This document shows positions 52,121 to 63,850 of a DNA stretch of 64,000 bases, in pieces. Every line of letters begins with the position of its first letter. Position 1 is the stretch's first letter. The notes beneath the pieces were generated by a model. That model was not told the origin of the DNA. It searched no databases and saw only the letters and a list, made by a program, of their open reading frames with translations. Made by a program: the position numbers and the translations under genes. Origin of the DNA: an uncultured delta proteobacterium (GTDB lineage: Bacteria > Desulfobacterota > Binatia > UBA9968); NCBI GenBank assembly GCA_963745035.1, contig CAVUVW010000016.1, forward strand, positions 176,085 to 240,084. Reading direction: 5' to 3'.

Positions 52121-53575
52121 ATGGCAGGCAACATATCAGCCCCGCGGCGGCCCTCGTCCGTTTAATGACTTGCGCGAATATTTGTCCTTGGTGAAAGAGA
52201 TTGGTCATCTCAAGGTGATCGAGGGCGCGGACGGCGAGTTGGAGATCGGCGCGCTCACGGGAATGATCGGCGCGCGGCGGGACTGTCCGGTCTTGCTTTT
52301 CGACGCGATCAAAGGTTATCCGCGCGGCTGCGCTTGATGACCAACATGCTCAACAACGCCGAGCGCCAAAAAATCATCCATGGTTGTCCGCCGGAGATCA
52401 GCGAAACCGAAGCGGCGCGCTGGTGGAATGCGCAAGTAAAAAAATTCCAGCCCGTGCCTCCGGTCTTCGTCACCGATGCGCCGGTCAAACAAAACGTCAA
52501 AGAGGGCAAAGACGTCAATCTCAAAGCTTTTCCCTGGGTGCGTTGGCACGAGAAGGACGGCGGACCTTATATGTGCGCGACGTCAACGGTGACCCGCGAT
52601 CCGGAGAGCGGCTATCGTCAACGTCGGCTCCTATCGCTTCAAATTGATCGACGAGACGACTTGCGTCGGCCATCATGGCGTCGGGACATCATGGCGACAT
52701 CATCAGCAAAAATATTGGGAACAGGGGAAAGCTGTCCGGTGGCGATTTCACTGGGGCAGGAGCCATCGATTCTCATCGCCGCCGGCGACAACGCCGCATG
52801 GGGCCATTGCGAGTACGATTATGCGGGTTGGCTGCGCGGCGCTCCTGTGGAAGTCACCAAGGGCGTTTATACCGATCTGCTGATTCCCGCGACTGCCGAG
52901 GCGGTGCTGGAAGGCGAGATTCTTCCGCCTAAAGCGGGAACGGCGATCGAAGGGCCGTTCGGCGAAATGGGCGGTTACTACGGCGACGCCAGCCCGGCAT
53001 CACTGATAAAGATTCACGCCGTGCTTTACCGCAACGATCCGATCATCATGGGCTCGCCGCCGTTTCCCAATACCGCGCGCAATTTATTCGGCGCGCGCGG
53101 TTTGCGCGTGCGCTCCGAGCTGGAGGCGCTGGGTATCCCGGGCATTAAAGGGCGTCGATACGGCGGCGGCATCGTCGTGCTTTCGATCGAGCAATCTTAT
53201 CCCGGCCACGCCATGCGCGCCGCGCTCGGCGCCCTCGGCGGCACCGGTGGTTATCACACGCGCTTCGTCATTCTCGTCGATGAAGACGTCAATCCGCACG
53301 ATTTGAACGAAGTATTCGAAGCAATGGGCAGCCGATGCGATCCGGGCACCTCCCTCGATATCAATCGGCGTATCTGGAGCTCGCGCGTCGACCCGCGGCT
53401 GGAGCCGGAGAAAGTTGAAAAGGGCGACTATACCGCGTCCTGCGCGATTATCGACGCGACGCGGCCGTATCATTGGAAAGATCATTTTCCCGAGAAGGTG
53501 GGGATATCAGCGGAGCTGCGGAACAAGATGCAAGAGAAGTGGAAAGATCTGTTGAGCGGTGAAAAGAGTATTTGA
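52121..53575 (+). CDS. UbiD-family decarboxylase (#3; several indels)
   Basis: GGAG RBS then ATG 52121. NDLREYL..LEIGALT..LLFDAIKGYP, WHEKDGGPY, TRDPESGY, IPATAEAVLEG, EGPFGEMGGYY, VDEDVNP, IIDATRP. Confidence 0.88.
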
Positions 53576-53620
53576 TGTTCTGTTTTACAGGTTCAACACA
53601 AACGTCGGAGTTCGCGGTTA

Positions 53621-53708
53621 GTCATTCCCGCGGATGCGGGAATCTAGGTTTTTCCGAGTCGCCTGGATTCCGGCTCGCGCTAGCTAACGCCAGCTTGGCC
53701 GGAATGAC
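53621..53708. repeat. REP/RPE-like palindromic element, family 3
   Basis: GTCATTCCCGCGGATGCGGGAATC ... GGATTCCGGC ... GCCGGAATGAC with GTCATTCC/GGAATGAC termini. A half copy GATTCCCGTGTGCGGGAATGAC lies at ~57017-57038. Confidence 0.75.
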
Positions 53709-53766
53709 GTCTGAGTCAAGTGACGAAGTTCGTAGATGCTACACTATCGTCTCACTGAAGGTTAAC

Positions 53767-54752
53767 TTGGGATTGATTGTATCAGTCCTGCTCATTGCGC
53801 TTCTGTTGGTTGCCACCGACACATCCGCTCAATTCAAAAAACTCAAAGTCTGTACGCCCGGTGCAGGTACGGGAAGCATGCATATCTACACCGCCAAGGA
53901 TCGCGGTTATTTCGCTCAGGAAAGATTGGAAGTCGATGTTCTCGTGACCCGCGGGCAGATTTGCACGATGGCTTTGCTCAACGGCCAAATGGAACTCACC
54001 ACCAATCCCAACGTGTTCGACGCCATGGTCGCCGGCAAGTTCAAGGGCAAAGTGATTTATGTCACCGCAAAAACTCTTGGTCATCGCTTCATGGTCGCGC
54101 CGGACATCAAGACCTTCGCGGATCTCAAACAGAAGTCCATCGCCATCAGTACGTTTGGCGGGCTCACCGACATGCTCACCCGAGAGATCCTCGAGCAGCA
54201 TGGTATTCGACCGCACAAAGATGTCGCTTTGCTGCAGATCGGCACGCCGGATCTGCGCTACGGAGCCTTGAAATCCGGCACCGTCAAAGCGGCGCTCGTT
54301 TCATCGACGCAGGCGTTGATCGCGCTCAAAGATGGATTTCGCGAGCTGCGCTACGATCAACCGCCTTGGCTCTCCTCGCCCATTGTCGCCGGCGACGATC
54401 TGTTGAATCGGGACCGCGCAATGTTTCGTTCCTTCTTGCGGGCGGTGACTAAGGGGCACTCTATTATGGAGACCACCCGGCACAGGCGATCGCTCTGACC
54501 CAAAAAGTACAGCGAATCGAGAGTCCACGGATGGCGAAGCAAATCTATGATGACGACATGCTCCGGCACAATCCCGGCGGTGGGTTGGATGAAGCGGCCA
54601 TGCGCAAAGTGGTAGAGCGCTCCCGCGAAATGTTGAAAGTCCAAAACAAGGTCGAGCTGAGCGAGATATTCGATCTCAGCATGGCAAGAGAAGCTGAAGC
54701 GGAATTAAAAAAATCAAAGGGGAGCCATAGGGGTGAAGTGAGGAAATCCTGA
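53767..54752 (+). CDS. ABC-type substrate-binding protein, NMT1/THI5 (SsuA/TauA-like) #1 (start approximate, indel at ~54470)
   Basis: Signal peptide ending TSA-Q, AKDRGYFAQERLEV, IKTFADLKQKSIAISTFGGLTD, RYGALKSG. Confidence 0.8.
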
Positions 54753-54765
54753 CTCAGGAGGTTCA

Positions 54766-55730
54766 ATGATCCGACGAACGATGAGTTTCATGCTGGCGTT
54801 GTGTGTTATTTCCGGACTCATGCTTCCCGGCAGCATTGACGCGCAAGCGCGAAAGTTGAATGTCTGTGTGACCGATTATTCCGTGGGAGTGATGCCTCTG
54901 ATCATCGCCAAGCACAACGGTTACTTCGCGCAGGAACAGCTGGACGTCGAAGTGCTTGCGGCGCGCGGCAATCTCTGCACCATGGGACTCATCGCCAATT
55001 CGTTTCAATTCACTTATTCCCCCAGCACCTTCGACGCGGTGGTTGCCGGCGACGTCAAGGGAAAGGTCGTCTATGTCGCGCAAAAGTTCCTGCTTCATCG
55101 CTTGATTGTCGCGCCGCAAATCAAGAGCATCGAAGATCTCAAAGGAAAGAAAATCGCCATCAGCGCATTCGGTACTCTTACTGATCTGCTGACCAGAGAA
55201 ATTCTTGCTGGATCATGGTTTGAAGCCGCATGCAGGATGTCCTGCTGCTGCAGACCGGCGGAGGCCCGGTGCGACTTGCGGCTTTGAAATCAGCAATGTC
55301 GCAGGCCGCGCTTTTGTCTCCCAGCACGCGTTGGCTGCGCTGCAAGGACGGGTTATCGGAGTCTGCGAATACGACGCCGCCGCCCTTTGTGTCCCATCCT
55401 TTGATTGCGAGAAATGAAATGATCGCGCGACGAAAAGCCCGTCGTGCTGCGCGTTTCTCGGGCGACGCTCAAAGGGTCATTTGTTTTTTGGTCAGAAGCG
55501 GGAGGAAACCCTCACAATGATCCAAAAAGTGATGCGCATCGACGATCGCAAGGCGGCGCGAGAGAACTATGAAGACGAGCTGCGCCGTTACAATCCCGGC
55601 GGCGGGTTCGAGGAAAGCAAAATGACAAAGAGTCATCGATCGAGCACGCGAGACGAGAAAAATGGAACGCAAAGTGGAGATCCCGGATGTTTTTGATTTG
55701 GGTATTGCCACGGAAGTAGAAGTGGATGAA
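54766..55730 (+). CDS. ABC-type substrate-binding protein, NMT1/THI5-like #2 (several indels, end approximate)
   Basis: Signal peptide, AKHNGYFAQEQLDVEV, IKSIEDLKGKKIAISAFGTLTD. Clear paralogue of the upstream gene (shared RxNPGGG and FDLxxAxE tail). Confidence 0.78.
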
Positions 55731-55800
55731 AAAACTGCTGGAGACAAAGCATTGGTGGCTCAAACGTTCAAGCCGTTCAGAGTTAGCCGGACTAAGGATC

Positions 55801-57018
55801 ATGCAGGTTTACTGTTTTCACTTGATGCCATGGGCGTACTTGCCGGAGGATTTTTCTCAATCGCACAAGACCGCGTGGGTGACTTGTCCGAATTCGTTTT
55901 ATGATCCCGAGCTCGGCCATCCGCTTTACAATCGTTATCTGGACGAACTGGAGCTTGCCGATCAGCTCGGCTTCGATGGTGTCTGTGTCAACGAGCATCA
56001 TCAAACCGCCTACGGCGGCATGCCGTCACCCAATATCATGGCGGCCTGCTTGGCTCGGCGAACCCATCGGGCGAAGCTAGTTATCCTCGGCAACGTTTTG
56101 CCGCTCTACGATCATCCTCAGCGCGTTGCCGAAGAGATCGCCATGCTCGACGTGATCACCAAGGGCCGGGTTGTTTCCGGGATGGTCGTGGGCACCGGGA
56201 TGGAATACTTCTCCTACAAGATCAACCCGACGTACGCGCGAGAGCGTTTTCATGAAGCGCACGATCTGATTGATTAAAAGGTGGACCACCGAGGGCCCGT
56301 TTAGTTGGGACGGCACGCACTATCGATTCCGCTATATCAATGTCTGGCCGCGGCCTTATCAGAAGCCTCATCCGCCGATTTGGATTCCCGGTTCTGGCAG
56401 TTCCGAAACCATGGAGTGGGTGGCACAGAAGAAATATACCTACATGGTGCTGCCCACATTGGCGCCGTTCGAATTACGCCGGCAAGCGGCGGAGTATTTT
56501 TGCCAGTGTTGTGACAAAACCGGTTACACCGTACGCCATTCGCAGATTGGCTGGGGCATCGGCATCTACGTCGGCGAAACCGATGAAAAAGCCCGCCGTG
56601 AATACGAACCGCATTATTGGTATTACGCGCGCAATCTATTGAAAACGCCGCCGCAGTTTAGCTTGCCGCCTGGGCATACTTCCTTGGCCAGCACGATGGG
56701 GATGATGGAGCGGCGGCTTAAGTCGCGGCCGACGAATCTGGCAACTTGGGACGAAGTCGACAAGGCGGGTTATGTCGTGGTCGGAAGCCCGGAAACTGTT
56801 CGCCAACGGCTTGAGGAGTATGCCAAAAAAGTCGGGTTTGGCTTACTGATAGCGAATTTTTCAGTGGGCAATGCGCCGCGCGGAGTATACCGAGAAGCAG
56901 CATGAGGCTGTTTGCGGAGAAGGTGATGCCGAAACTGAGAAATATCAATGTGGATGGCGTAGCGATACTGAGCGGGCAACGTCGGCGAATTAAGTCAGCC
57001 CGCGTCAGAGGCAGATGA
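55801..57018 (+). CDS. LLM (luciferase-like) flavin-dependent oxidoreductase (indels at ~56275 and ~56885, end approximate)
   Basis: FHLMPW, ADQLGFDGVCVNEHHQ, PSPN, RVAEEIAMLDVITKGR, WPRPYQKPHPPIW, VGSPETV. Confidence 0.9.
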
Positions 57019-57102
57019 TTCCCGTGTGCGGGAATGACGATAAGTGTAGCGACTTGATCGAAAGTTTGGAGTTCGGCGTGAAGGCGGATCTAGAAGTACA
57101 CG

Positions 57103-57923
57103 ATGACGATCATAGAAGAACGAGATCGGTTCGAGGTCGAAGGTCGCGGCTGTATCACGGCGGCGACGGGCCGCGCTTGTTATTTCTTCATGATCTCGTT
57201 TTGCCCGACTTGGCTGCCGCTGCACGACAGCCTTGCGGCGAATTACGAAGTCTTTGTGCCGATACATCCGGGGTTTGCCGGGTCAGAGGATGATTTCGAT
57301 GAATTTGAAGAAATGGAAGATTTGGTCTTCCACTATCTCGATTTCTGTGAAGTGCTCGATCTCGATCGCCCGGCGCTCGCCGGCGCGTCATTTGGCGGAT
57401 GGATCGCCGCAGAATGGGCGATGCGCTACAGCGAGACGATTAAAAAATCTCATCCTCATCGATGCATTGGGATTGCGCTTAGACGAGGCGCCAGCGGCGG
57501 ATATCTTTAGTCTCGATCCTACCGCGATGCGGCAGGCGATATTTGCTGATCCGACTCAGCGAGCTCGGCGATGGAAATCATTCCAGAGACGCCTAAGGCC
57601 GAGTCCATCGTAAGCACGATTCTTGCCCGGCGGACTTTGGCGCGCTTTGCCTGGCAATTCCCTGACAATCCGCGACTGCGGCGCTATCTCGATCGCGTAA
57701 AGTCACCGACGATGATCCTGTGGGGAGAACGCGACGGTCGTCGTTCGCGTGGCCCATGGTAGAGCTTATCACGAGGCAATCGCGAAATCAGAATTGGTCA
57801 CAATGCCTGAGCGTAGGCCATCTGCCCCATATCGAAGCGCCAGCAGCTTGCGCCGAGATCATGTTAGAATTTTCTGCGGGGCGCCTGAGCAGTTGGTCTT
57901 CAAGGCGGCCAAAGCAACAGTAA
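57103..57923 (+). CDS. alpha/beta fold hydrolase (several indels)
   Basis: HPGFAGS, GASFGGWIAAE, PTMILWGERD, GHLPHIE. Follows the LLM gene. Confidence 0.8.
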
Positions 57924-57963
57924 TTTGAAACGATCCAGCTGAGCAAAAACATCGGAGGAAACA

Positions 57964-58521
57964 ATGTTCAAAGTGGAACCAAACCTTAAAGAGATCGCAA
58001 CGCGACAACTCGCCCAGCGGCGGGCGCGCAAGGAAGGCGAACCCCAACGTCCCGTCACGACGGTCAATTGCAAGGCGCTTCATGGCCTGCAGTTTCGCGC
58101 CACCGTCGAGGGACACAGCTTCATTGCCGACGAGGGCGATGAAGTCGGCGGTCATGATGCCGGACCGGCGCCGCTGCGTTATTTTCTCGCCGGCATCATG
58201 ATGTGTCACCAGGTCTGGTGCGTGAAAAGCGCGGCGGTGGCGGATGTGCAGCTGAGCAGGCTCGAAGGAGAGATCTCCGGATTCATCGAAGCGGGTAGCG
58301 GCGACACCGAGAAAGAAGTCGAGCGAGGCTTTTCACGTATCACCTACAAGGTCACTCTAGACAGTCCTAACGCGGCGGATGCAATTCAATCGATTGTCGA
58401 AGCGGCAACGCGCCGCTGCCCGGCTTTTGTGTCAGCGGCACGAAGCATACCGATCGAGGTGACAATCTTACACAACGAAAAGAATCTCGGATCGAAGATC
58501 TATGACAGGAGAGCTAAGTGA
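57964..58521 (+). CDS. OsmC/Ohr-family protein
   Basis: GGAGG RBS. DE..VGGHDAGPAPLRYFLAGIMMC and RRCP, the two family cysteines. Confidence 0.85.
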   Translation: MFKVEPNLKEIATRQLAQRRARKEGEPQRPVTTVNCKALHGLQFRATVEGHSFIADEGDEVGGHDAGPAPLRYFLAGIMMCHQVWCVKSAAVADVQLSRLEGEISGFIEAGSGDTEKEVERGFSRITYKVTLDSPNAADAIQSIVEAATRRCPAFVSAARSIPIEVTILHNEKNLGSKIYDRRAK

Positions 58522-59940
58522 TTTTCTCCGATCTAAGACACTACATCTCGACTCTGGAACAACTCGGCCAGCTGAAGGTCGTCGAAGGCGCCAGCTGCGA
58601 TTTGGAAATCGGCGCCATCACCGAGCTCGCTTCGCTTCGAAAAAAATGCCCGGCCGTGCTTTTCGATTCGATTCAGGGCTTCCCAAAAGGATTTCGTGTG
58701 CTTACCAATTTTCTGTCCAATCGACTGAGGGAACGGCTGGTCTTTGGCGTTTCGAACGATCTGACGGATCCCGAGGCGGTGCTCTTTTGGAAGAACAGGT
58801 TGAAAGAATTCGAACCGATCGACCGATAGCGGTAGACGACGGGCCGGTTAAAGAGAATGTCTTACTTGTCGGCGACGTCGATCTCACCCGTTTGCCTTGG
58901 CCGAAATGGCACGGACGTGATGGCGGGCCGTATATCTGCGCGACTTCCTCGGTGACCCGGGATCCTGAATCCGGCTATATCAATGTCGGCTCCTACCGGT
59001 TCATGCTGTTGGGCAAAAACAAAATCGTTGCTCATATCGGTTCAGGTCATCATGGCGACGTGATCAGAAAAAAATATTGGGCAAAGGGAAAGCCTTGCCC
59101 GGTCGCGATTTCCCTGGCTCAAGAACCGTCGCTGTTAGTGGCCGCCGGCACCAACACGAACTGGGGTGTTTCCGAATATGGCTTTGCCGGTTGGATGCGC
59201 GGCGCGCCGGTGGAGGTGACCCAAGGTGTAGCTACGGATCTGCCGATTCCCGCTACTGCGGAGGTCGTGTTGGAAGGCGAGATGTTGCCGCCGGCCGAAG
59301 GCATGGAAGTCGAAGGTCCCTTCGGCGAGTTCTCCGGATACTACGGCGGCGGCGCACGACCTGCGCCGGTCACCATGATCAAGAGCATGCTCTAGCGCAA
59401 CGACCCGATCATCCTCGGCGCTCCGCCATTTTTGGGCACGAGCCGCGGGATTCTTTCCTCGCGCGGGTATTTTGATCTGGAACGAGCTGGAAGCGCTCGG
59501 TATCCCCGACATCAAGGCAATCAACTACTCGTGGGGGATGTGCATCATATCGCTCAAGCAAGCTTATCCCGGCCATGCCATGCGAGCGGCGCATGGAGCG
59601 ATCGGCGGCACCGCCGGGTATCATGGAAGATTCGTCATCGTCGTCGATGAAGACATCGATCCCTACAATCTGGAACAGGTTCTGTGGGCGATAGCAACTC
59701 GCTGCGATCCGGAGACGTCATTGGATATGTCGCGAAGGATATGGAGTTACAAGATCGATCCACGGTTGCCAAAGCACAAAAAAGAAGTGGCGGACTATAC
59801 CGGATCGGTGGCGATCATCGACGCCTGCCGGCCTTATCATTGGATCGAGGAATTCCCGCGCACCACGCAGATCAGCGAGGAATCTGTTGAAGGAGACCAA
59901 GGCAAAGTGGGGCAAGTTTATCAGGCGAATGAGCAGTTGA
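58518..59940 (+). CDS. UbiD-family decarboxylase (#4; indels and an in-frame TAG at 59393-59395)
   Basis: GTGA overlap with the OsmC stop. FSDLRHYI, LEIGAITE, WHGRDGGPY, INVGSYR, EGPFGEFSGYY, VVDEDIDP, AIATRCDP, IIDACRP. Confidence 0.85.
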
Positions 59941-60171
59941 ACAGATGCGAAGTTTCACGCATGAATGAAAGAGCCGCAAGATCGTTTCACCACGACATCG
60001 CGCAGAGACGCAAAGGACGCAGAGCAAGAGTTCGAGAGTAAGAGTTCTTAGAAACCTCTGCATCCACTCTGCGCGCCTCGAGCGGTCTTGGAAGACGCGG
60101 ATCGAAGTTTACTGCTCATCCTCGATGGTGAAAACGATTCTAGACGCGGACAGCGCAACTAAAGGATCACT

Positions 60172-62554
60172 ATGGATTTTCCGATCAATCCGCCCATTGG
60201 CGAACGAGTTAGAAGAAAAGAAACCCAGCGCTTTATCACCGGCACCGGACGCTACGTCGACGATCTGTTGCCGGCCGGGACGTTGCACGTGTCGTTTGTG
60301 CGCAGCTCCTGCGCGCACGCGAAAATCAAATCGATCGATGTTGAAGCGGCGCGCTCGATGCCCGGCGTGCACGCCGTGTTTACCGGAAAAGACATCGCGC
60401 AGCATGTCAAGCCGTTGCGTGTCGGCGGCAGCTCGGTGCTGCGGCCGGTGAAGCTTTATCCTTTGGCGGTGGATAAAGATTCGTTACTTCGGCGAGCCCT
60501 TGGCGGTCGTGGTGGCGGACAATCGCTATCTGGCGGAAGATGCCATCGAGGCGGTGATCGGTGGATTACGAACCGTTGCCGGTAGTCATCGATCCGGAAG
60601 CGGCAATGGAGCCGGGCGCGCCTGTGGTCCATGAAGACGCCGGCAGCAACATCGTTTACAAATATCATTTCGCCACGGAAGGTATCGACAAAGTTTTCCA
60701 GGACGCCGAAGTCGTCGTCAAAGAAAAAATTCGCAGCCACCGCATTACCGCTTGTCCGATCGAGCCGCGCGCTTATCTGGCGCACTACAATAAAGAAGAA
60801 GACAGCCTGACGATGTGGTCGGCGACCGCTAATCCGCATTCACTCCGAGGTCGCATCGCCGAGATTCTTGAGTTTTCCCGAAGGCAAGATCCGCGTGATC
60901 GCGCCGGACGTCGGCGGTTCCTTCGGCGTTAAAATTCAAACCTATCAGGAAGAGTTGCTGCTGCCGTATCTCTCGCGTCAGTTCGGCCGGCCGATCAAGT
61001 GGTGCGAGACGCGGGTCGAGCATATGCGCAACGGCCGGCATGGCCGCGACCAGATTCACTATATCGAAATGGCGCTCAAGAAAGACGGCACGATGCTGGC
61101 CATCAAAGACAAGATCATCGCCGACATGGGCTCGACTTACACCGTCGATCACTCGATTCAGGCCGCGGCGTTGTACATGACCGGGGTCTATCAGATCCAA
61201 AACTATGCCGTGGACGCGTTCGGCATCTCCACCAATAAGACCACCCATGGGTCGCTTGCGCGGCATCGGCAAGGCCGACGCGTCCTATATTCTGGAACGG
61301 CTCGTCGATATCGCCGCGCGGGAGTTGAAAATCGATCCCATCGATATCCGGATGAAAAATTTCATCCCCGCCGAAGCGTTTCCCTATCGCAACGCCACCG
61401 GCGCGCTCTACGACAGCGGCCAGTATCATCTGGCGATGAAACGCACCGCGGAAATCGCCGGCTACGAGCAACTGCGCAAAGAGCAAGCCGAGCTGCGCAA
61501 GCAAGGGATCTATCGCGGCATCGGCGTCGCTCTGGTGATGGAGCCGACGAGCTCGAGCCGCATTCATGCGACCGGCGGCTATGCGTCCTGCCGGTTGCGC
61601 ATCGATCCTTCGGGCGCGGCGACGGTTTTTTCCAGCATGGGCGAGCAGGGGCAAGGGCACGAGACGACCCTCGCGCAGATCGTCGCCAGCCAAACCGGCA
61701 TTCCGTTCGACAAGATCACCGTGATTCACGGCGATACCTTGCCGACGCCCTACGGCTTCGGCACCGGCAGCAGCCGCTCGTCGGTGGTCTTGATGCCTTC
61801 GGCCTGGGTGGCGGGCAAATTGATGCGCGACAAGATTCTCGGCATTGCCGCGCGCCAGTTGGGCGTGGTTCCGGAAAAGCTCGAGATCGGCGACGGCAAA
61901 GTCTTCGCCAAGGAGAATCGAGATCAGTCCATCGCGGTCATGGAAATCGTCCGCACCGCCTATGGCGCGATTCATCTGTTGCCGGAAAACATGGAGCCGG
62001 GTTTGGAAGTCACGGGTTATTTCGTCAATCCCAATATCGACTACACGCCGGACGAAAAGGGCGCATGAATACGTTTTCAAGTTATCCCTATGCCGCCGTG
62101 ATCGCGGTGGTCGACGTCGATATTGAAACCGGCATGATCAAAATCGTCAGATACTGCACGGTGCACGATTGCGGCAACATGATCAATCCGCAGATCGTCG
62201 ACACCCAGCAGCAGGGCTCGATCATGCAAGGCATCGGCGCGGCGCTTTACGAAGAGCTGCGCTACGACGAGGAAGGTCAGCTCTTGTCATCGACGTTCAT
62301 GGACTACCGATTGCCGTCGGCGGAGGAGGTGCCGGAGCTGGCATTGGAGCACATCGTCACGCCCAATCCGTTTACGCCGCTGGGCGCCAAGGGCGCGGGC
62401 GAGACCGGCATGCTGGGGCCGCCGCCGGCGCTGTGCAACGCGGTGGAAGATGCGTTGAGCCCGTTCGGCGTCAAAGATCCGCGAAACGCCGCTCACGCCG
62501 GACAGAATTTTGGATCTCATCGAGAAAGCGCAGGCGAAGTTGCCACATGGCTAA
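60172..62554 (+). CDS. xanthine dehydrogenase-family molybdopterin large subunit #2 (multiple indels)
   Basis: RFITGTGRYVDD, PIEPRA, APDVGGSFGVK, LRGIGKAD, QGQGHET, GTGSSRS, HDCGNMINP, KGAGETG. Confidence 0.9.
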
Positions 62555-63019
62555 GACAATTTCTTTGACTGTAAATGGCAAACCGTATTCCGGCGAAGTC
62601 GAGTCGAGAACTCTATTGGCTCATTTTCTCCGCGACAGTTTGAGACTGACCGGCACGCACTTGGGCTGCGTCGTCGGCCGCTGCGGCGCTTGCACGGTGA
62701 TATGGAACGGCACGGCGGTGAAATCCTGCATGGTGTTCGCCGTGCAGGCGGACGGCGATGAAATCGTCACGGTTGAAGGTCTTGGCGCAGGACAAGCGAT
62801 TGCATCCGCTGCAGGAAGCATTCTGGAAAAACGATGCGGTCGAATGCGGCTATTGCACGCCGGGCATGCTGATGTCGGCTTACGGGCTGCTCAGCAAGGA
62901 AAGCAAACCGACCGGAAGAGCAAATCAAGAAAGCGATTTCCGGCAATCTCTGCCGCTGCACGGGTTACGGCAATATCGTCGCTGCGATCAAAGAAGCGGC
63001 GGCAAATTTTACGAAGTGA
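62547..63019 (+). CDS. (2Fe-2S) small subunit #2, CoxS/CutS-like (two indels)
   Basis: Overlaps the large-subunit stop. [39 protein letters not shown]. Confidence 0.9.
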
Positions 63020-63028
63020 GGAGAAATC

Positions 63029-63695
63029 ATGGTCAGCATTCTCAAAGACATTCCGATCGACGGCGTGAAAATCGTTCCGTGCCGGATTGCATGGCCCAAC
63101 GCGGCGTCGTCAAATCGTTTCTCGTCGCCGGCGAAGAACGCGTGATCCTGGTCGATACCGGGCGTCGGACGCCGATGCGGATATCATCATGGATGCCATC
63201 AAAGAGATGGGTCATAAGCATTCGGATTTGAAGTTGTGCGTACTGACCCATCGCCACGGCGATCACACCGGCGGGCTGAAGAAGCTCAAGAAGACGCTCA
63301 AGTTCGAGGTGATGGCGCACGAGCTGGACATGCCGGCGATTCAAAAGGCGACGGGTTATGACGTCGAGCATGTCGTCAAAGGCGGAGAGAAGTCTGCCGG
63401 ATTGCGGCGGGATTAACGTCATTCACACGCCGGGCACACCGCGGGACACATCAGCCTGCATCTGCCGCGCATCAAGACGATGATCGCGGGGGACGCCATC
63501 GTCAGCGCGGGCGAACATTTGATGGTCTCGCCGACCTATCTTTCGTCTGATCCGGAAGCGGCGCACGAAAGCGTCAAGAGCTTGATCGCAATGAACCTGG
63601 ATCTCGAGCGGCTTCTGGTCGGCCACGGCGACGATATCTATTTCGGAGCGAAAGATAACATGGCCGGATTTTTGCCGGGCCGCGACCCTAATTAA
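63029..63695 (+). CDS. MBL-fold metallo-hydrolase (several indels)
   Basis: GAGGAG RBS. ILVDTG, LTHRHGDHTGG (HxHxDH), HTPGH, IAGDA, LVGHG. Confidence 0.85.
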
Positions 63696-63850
63696 AGTTG
63701 TGATGAACCTCGAGTCTTGCGGCAAGCTCGGTGCCATTGGAACGAGATCAGCGTTGACCGAAATTATTCCGCTCACGCTGCTTTCCAACCACGCGATGTT
63801 TAGATCAACCTATCGAACTGAAATTTTATTATGAAAGGAGGAGGCTCACG

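Noticed and set aside
53572-53766. N-terminal extension of the binding-protein ORF 53572..54498
   Set aside because: It is translation through the family 3 palindromic element. The signal peptide starts further downstream.
46328-60080. CRISPR array
   Set aside because: The palindromes are isolated, dissimilar between families and not regularly spaced, and no cas genes are present.
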